From positions 96,001-160,000 of the forward strand of contig CAVUXE010000029.1 in NCBI GenBank assembly GCA_963745235.1: a stretch of DNA of 64,000 nucleotides. Direction: 5' to 3'. Under the pieces are notes generated by a model, which saw only the letters and a program-made list of their open reading frames with translations, was not told where the DNA came from and did no database searches. This document shows positions 63,254-64,000 of the stretch, in pieces. Position 1 is the first letter of the stretch, and the number at the start of each line of letters is the position of its first letter. The position numbers and the translations under genes were made by a program. This stretch comes from an uncultured Spirochaetota bacterium (lineage in GTDB: Bacteria > Spirochaetota > Spirochaetia > SZUA-6 > Fen-1364).

Positions 63254-64000
63254 ATGACGACAAAAAACAAGACCGATATTTCCGTGAGCTTCTGCGGCGT
63301 GACTTTCAAGAACCCGTTTCTTCTTTCCTCTTCTCCCGTATCCAACTGCGCGGAGATGGTGGAAAGGGCATTCGAGCACGGGTGGGGCGGAGTCAGCTAC
63401 AAGACTCTGAACTCGGACCGCATCACCATTGTCCATCCCTCACCGCGCATGGCGCCGTATCACTACGAAGACAAGCACCTCGTGGGCCTGCAGAACGTGG
63501 AGATGACCTCCGACCGTCCGCTCAAGGACAATCTTGCGGATTACCTCTACCTGAAAAAGAAGTTTCCCGACCGGCCCATCATCGCGAGCATCATGGGGTT
63601 CTCCAACGACGAGTGGGCATACCTTGCCCGGGCGGCGGAGGACCACGGGGCGGACATGCTGGAGCTGAACTTTTCCTGTCCCCACATGTCGGTGGAGGGC
63701 TCGGGATACAAGGTGGGGCAGGCGTTCCACCTGCTGGAGAAGTTCACTACCACGGTCAAGAATGCGGTGAAAATCCCGGTCCTGGCCAAATTGACGCCCA
63801 ATATCACGGACATGACGGAGCCCGCCCTCTTCGCAAAGAAAGGCGGTGCTGACGGCATATCGGCCGTCAACACGTTCCGGGCGATATCCGGCATCGGGCT
63901 GGACGACCTGGTGCCGAAGCCCAATGTCTTCGGAGTGGGCGCCATGAGCGGATACTCGGGGGCGGCGATAAAGCCCATCGCGCTGCATTTCATTGCCGAA
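63254..64000 (+). CDS. preA: dihydropyrimidine dehydrogenase subunit PreA (partial, runs off the window)
   Basis: FKNPFLLSSSP, GWGG..YKT, ELNFSCPH, AKLTPNITD, VNT, GYSG.AIKPIAL. Confidence 0.92.
   Translation, partial: MTTKNKTDISVSFCGVTFKNPFLLSSSPVSNCAEMVERAFEHGWGGVSYKTLNSDRITIVHPSPRMAPYHYEDKHLVGLQNVEMTSDRPLKDNLADYLYLKKKFPDRPIIASIMGFSNDEWAYLARAAEDHGADMLELNFSCPHMSVEGSGYKVGQAFHLLEKFTTTVKNAVKIPVLAKLTPNITDMTEPALFAKKGGADGISAVNTFRAISGIGLDDLVPKPNVFGVGAMSGYSGAAIKPIALHFIAE

Noticed and set aside
1-64000. Mass pseudogenisation or programmed frameshifting (dnaK, pyk, folC, gdhA, DHS and others are split)
   Set aside because: Breaks are single-base indels, often in homopolymers, in otherwise well-conserved housekeeping genes and clustered in stretches; uncorrected long-read error is the simplest explanation

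Overview
GC-rich bacterial chromosomal window, probably Spirochaetia (inferred from the ValS and NFACT N-termini). Many single-base frameshifts, including in essential genes, point to uncorrected long-read errors. Housekeeping and metabolic genes include valS, rbsK, amrA/amrB, pyruvoyl arginine decarboxylase plus a DHS-like gene, NFACT, folC, a hisD-like gene, GH1, pyk, xylB, psuK/psuG, gdhA plus a PPDK_N protein, and a reductive pyrimidine-degradation cluster. Accessory content: (i) an integron-type array of three toxin-antitoxin gene cassettes with attC sites, a candidate attI, a decayed tyrosine recombinase and an IS481 insertion (10.7-15.2 kb); (ii) an RnfD-like/FNR plus FMN-binding plus two-component module; (iii) an IS256 remnant/AraC/oxidoreductase islet between REP-like repeats; (iv) an archaeal/monoderm-type dnaK-dnaJ pair; (v) an ECF sigma / membrane anti-sigma / exported caspase-like protease operon. 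The strongest candidates for new biology are two structured 5' leaders with shared sequence blocks upstream of the NCS1 transporter and preT (a possible undescribed pyrimidine-responsive RNA element) and the ECF-anti-sigma-caspase module.
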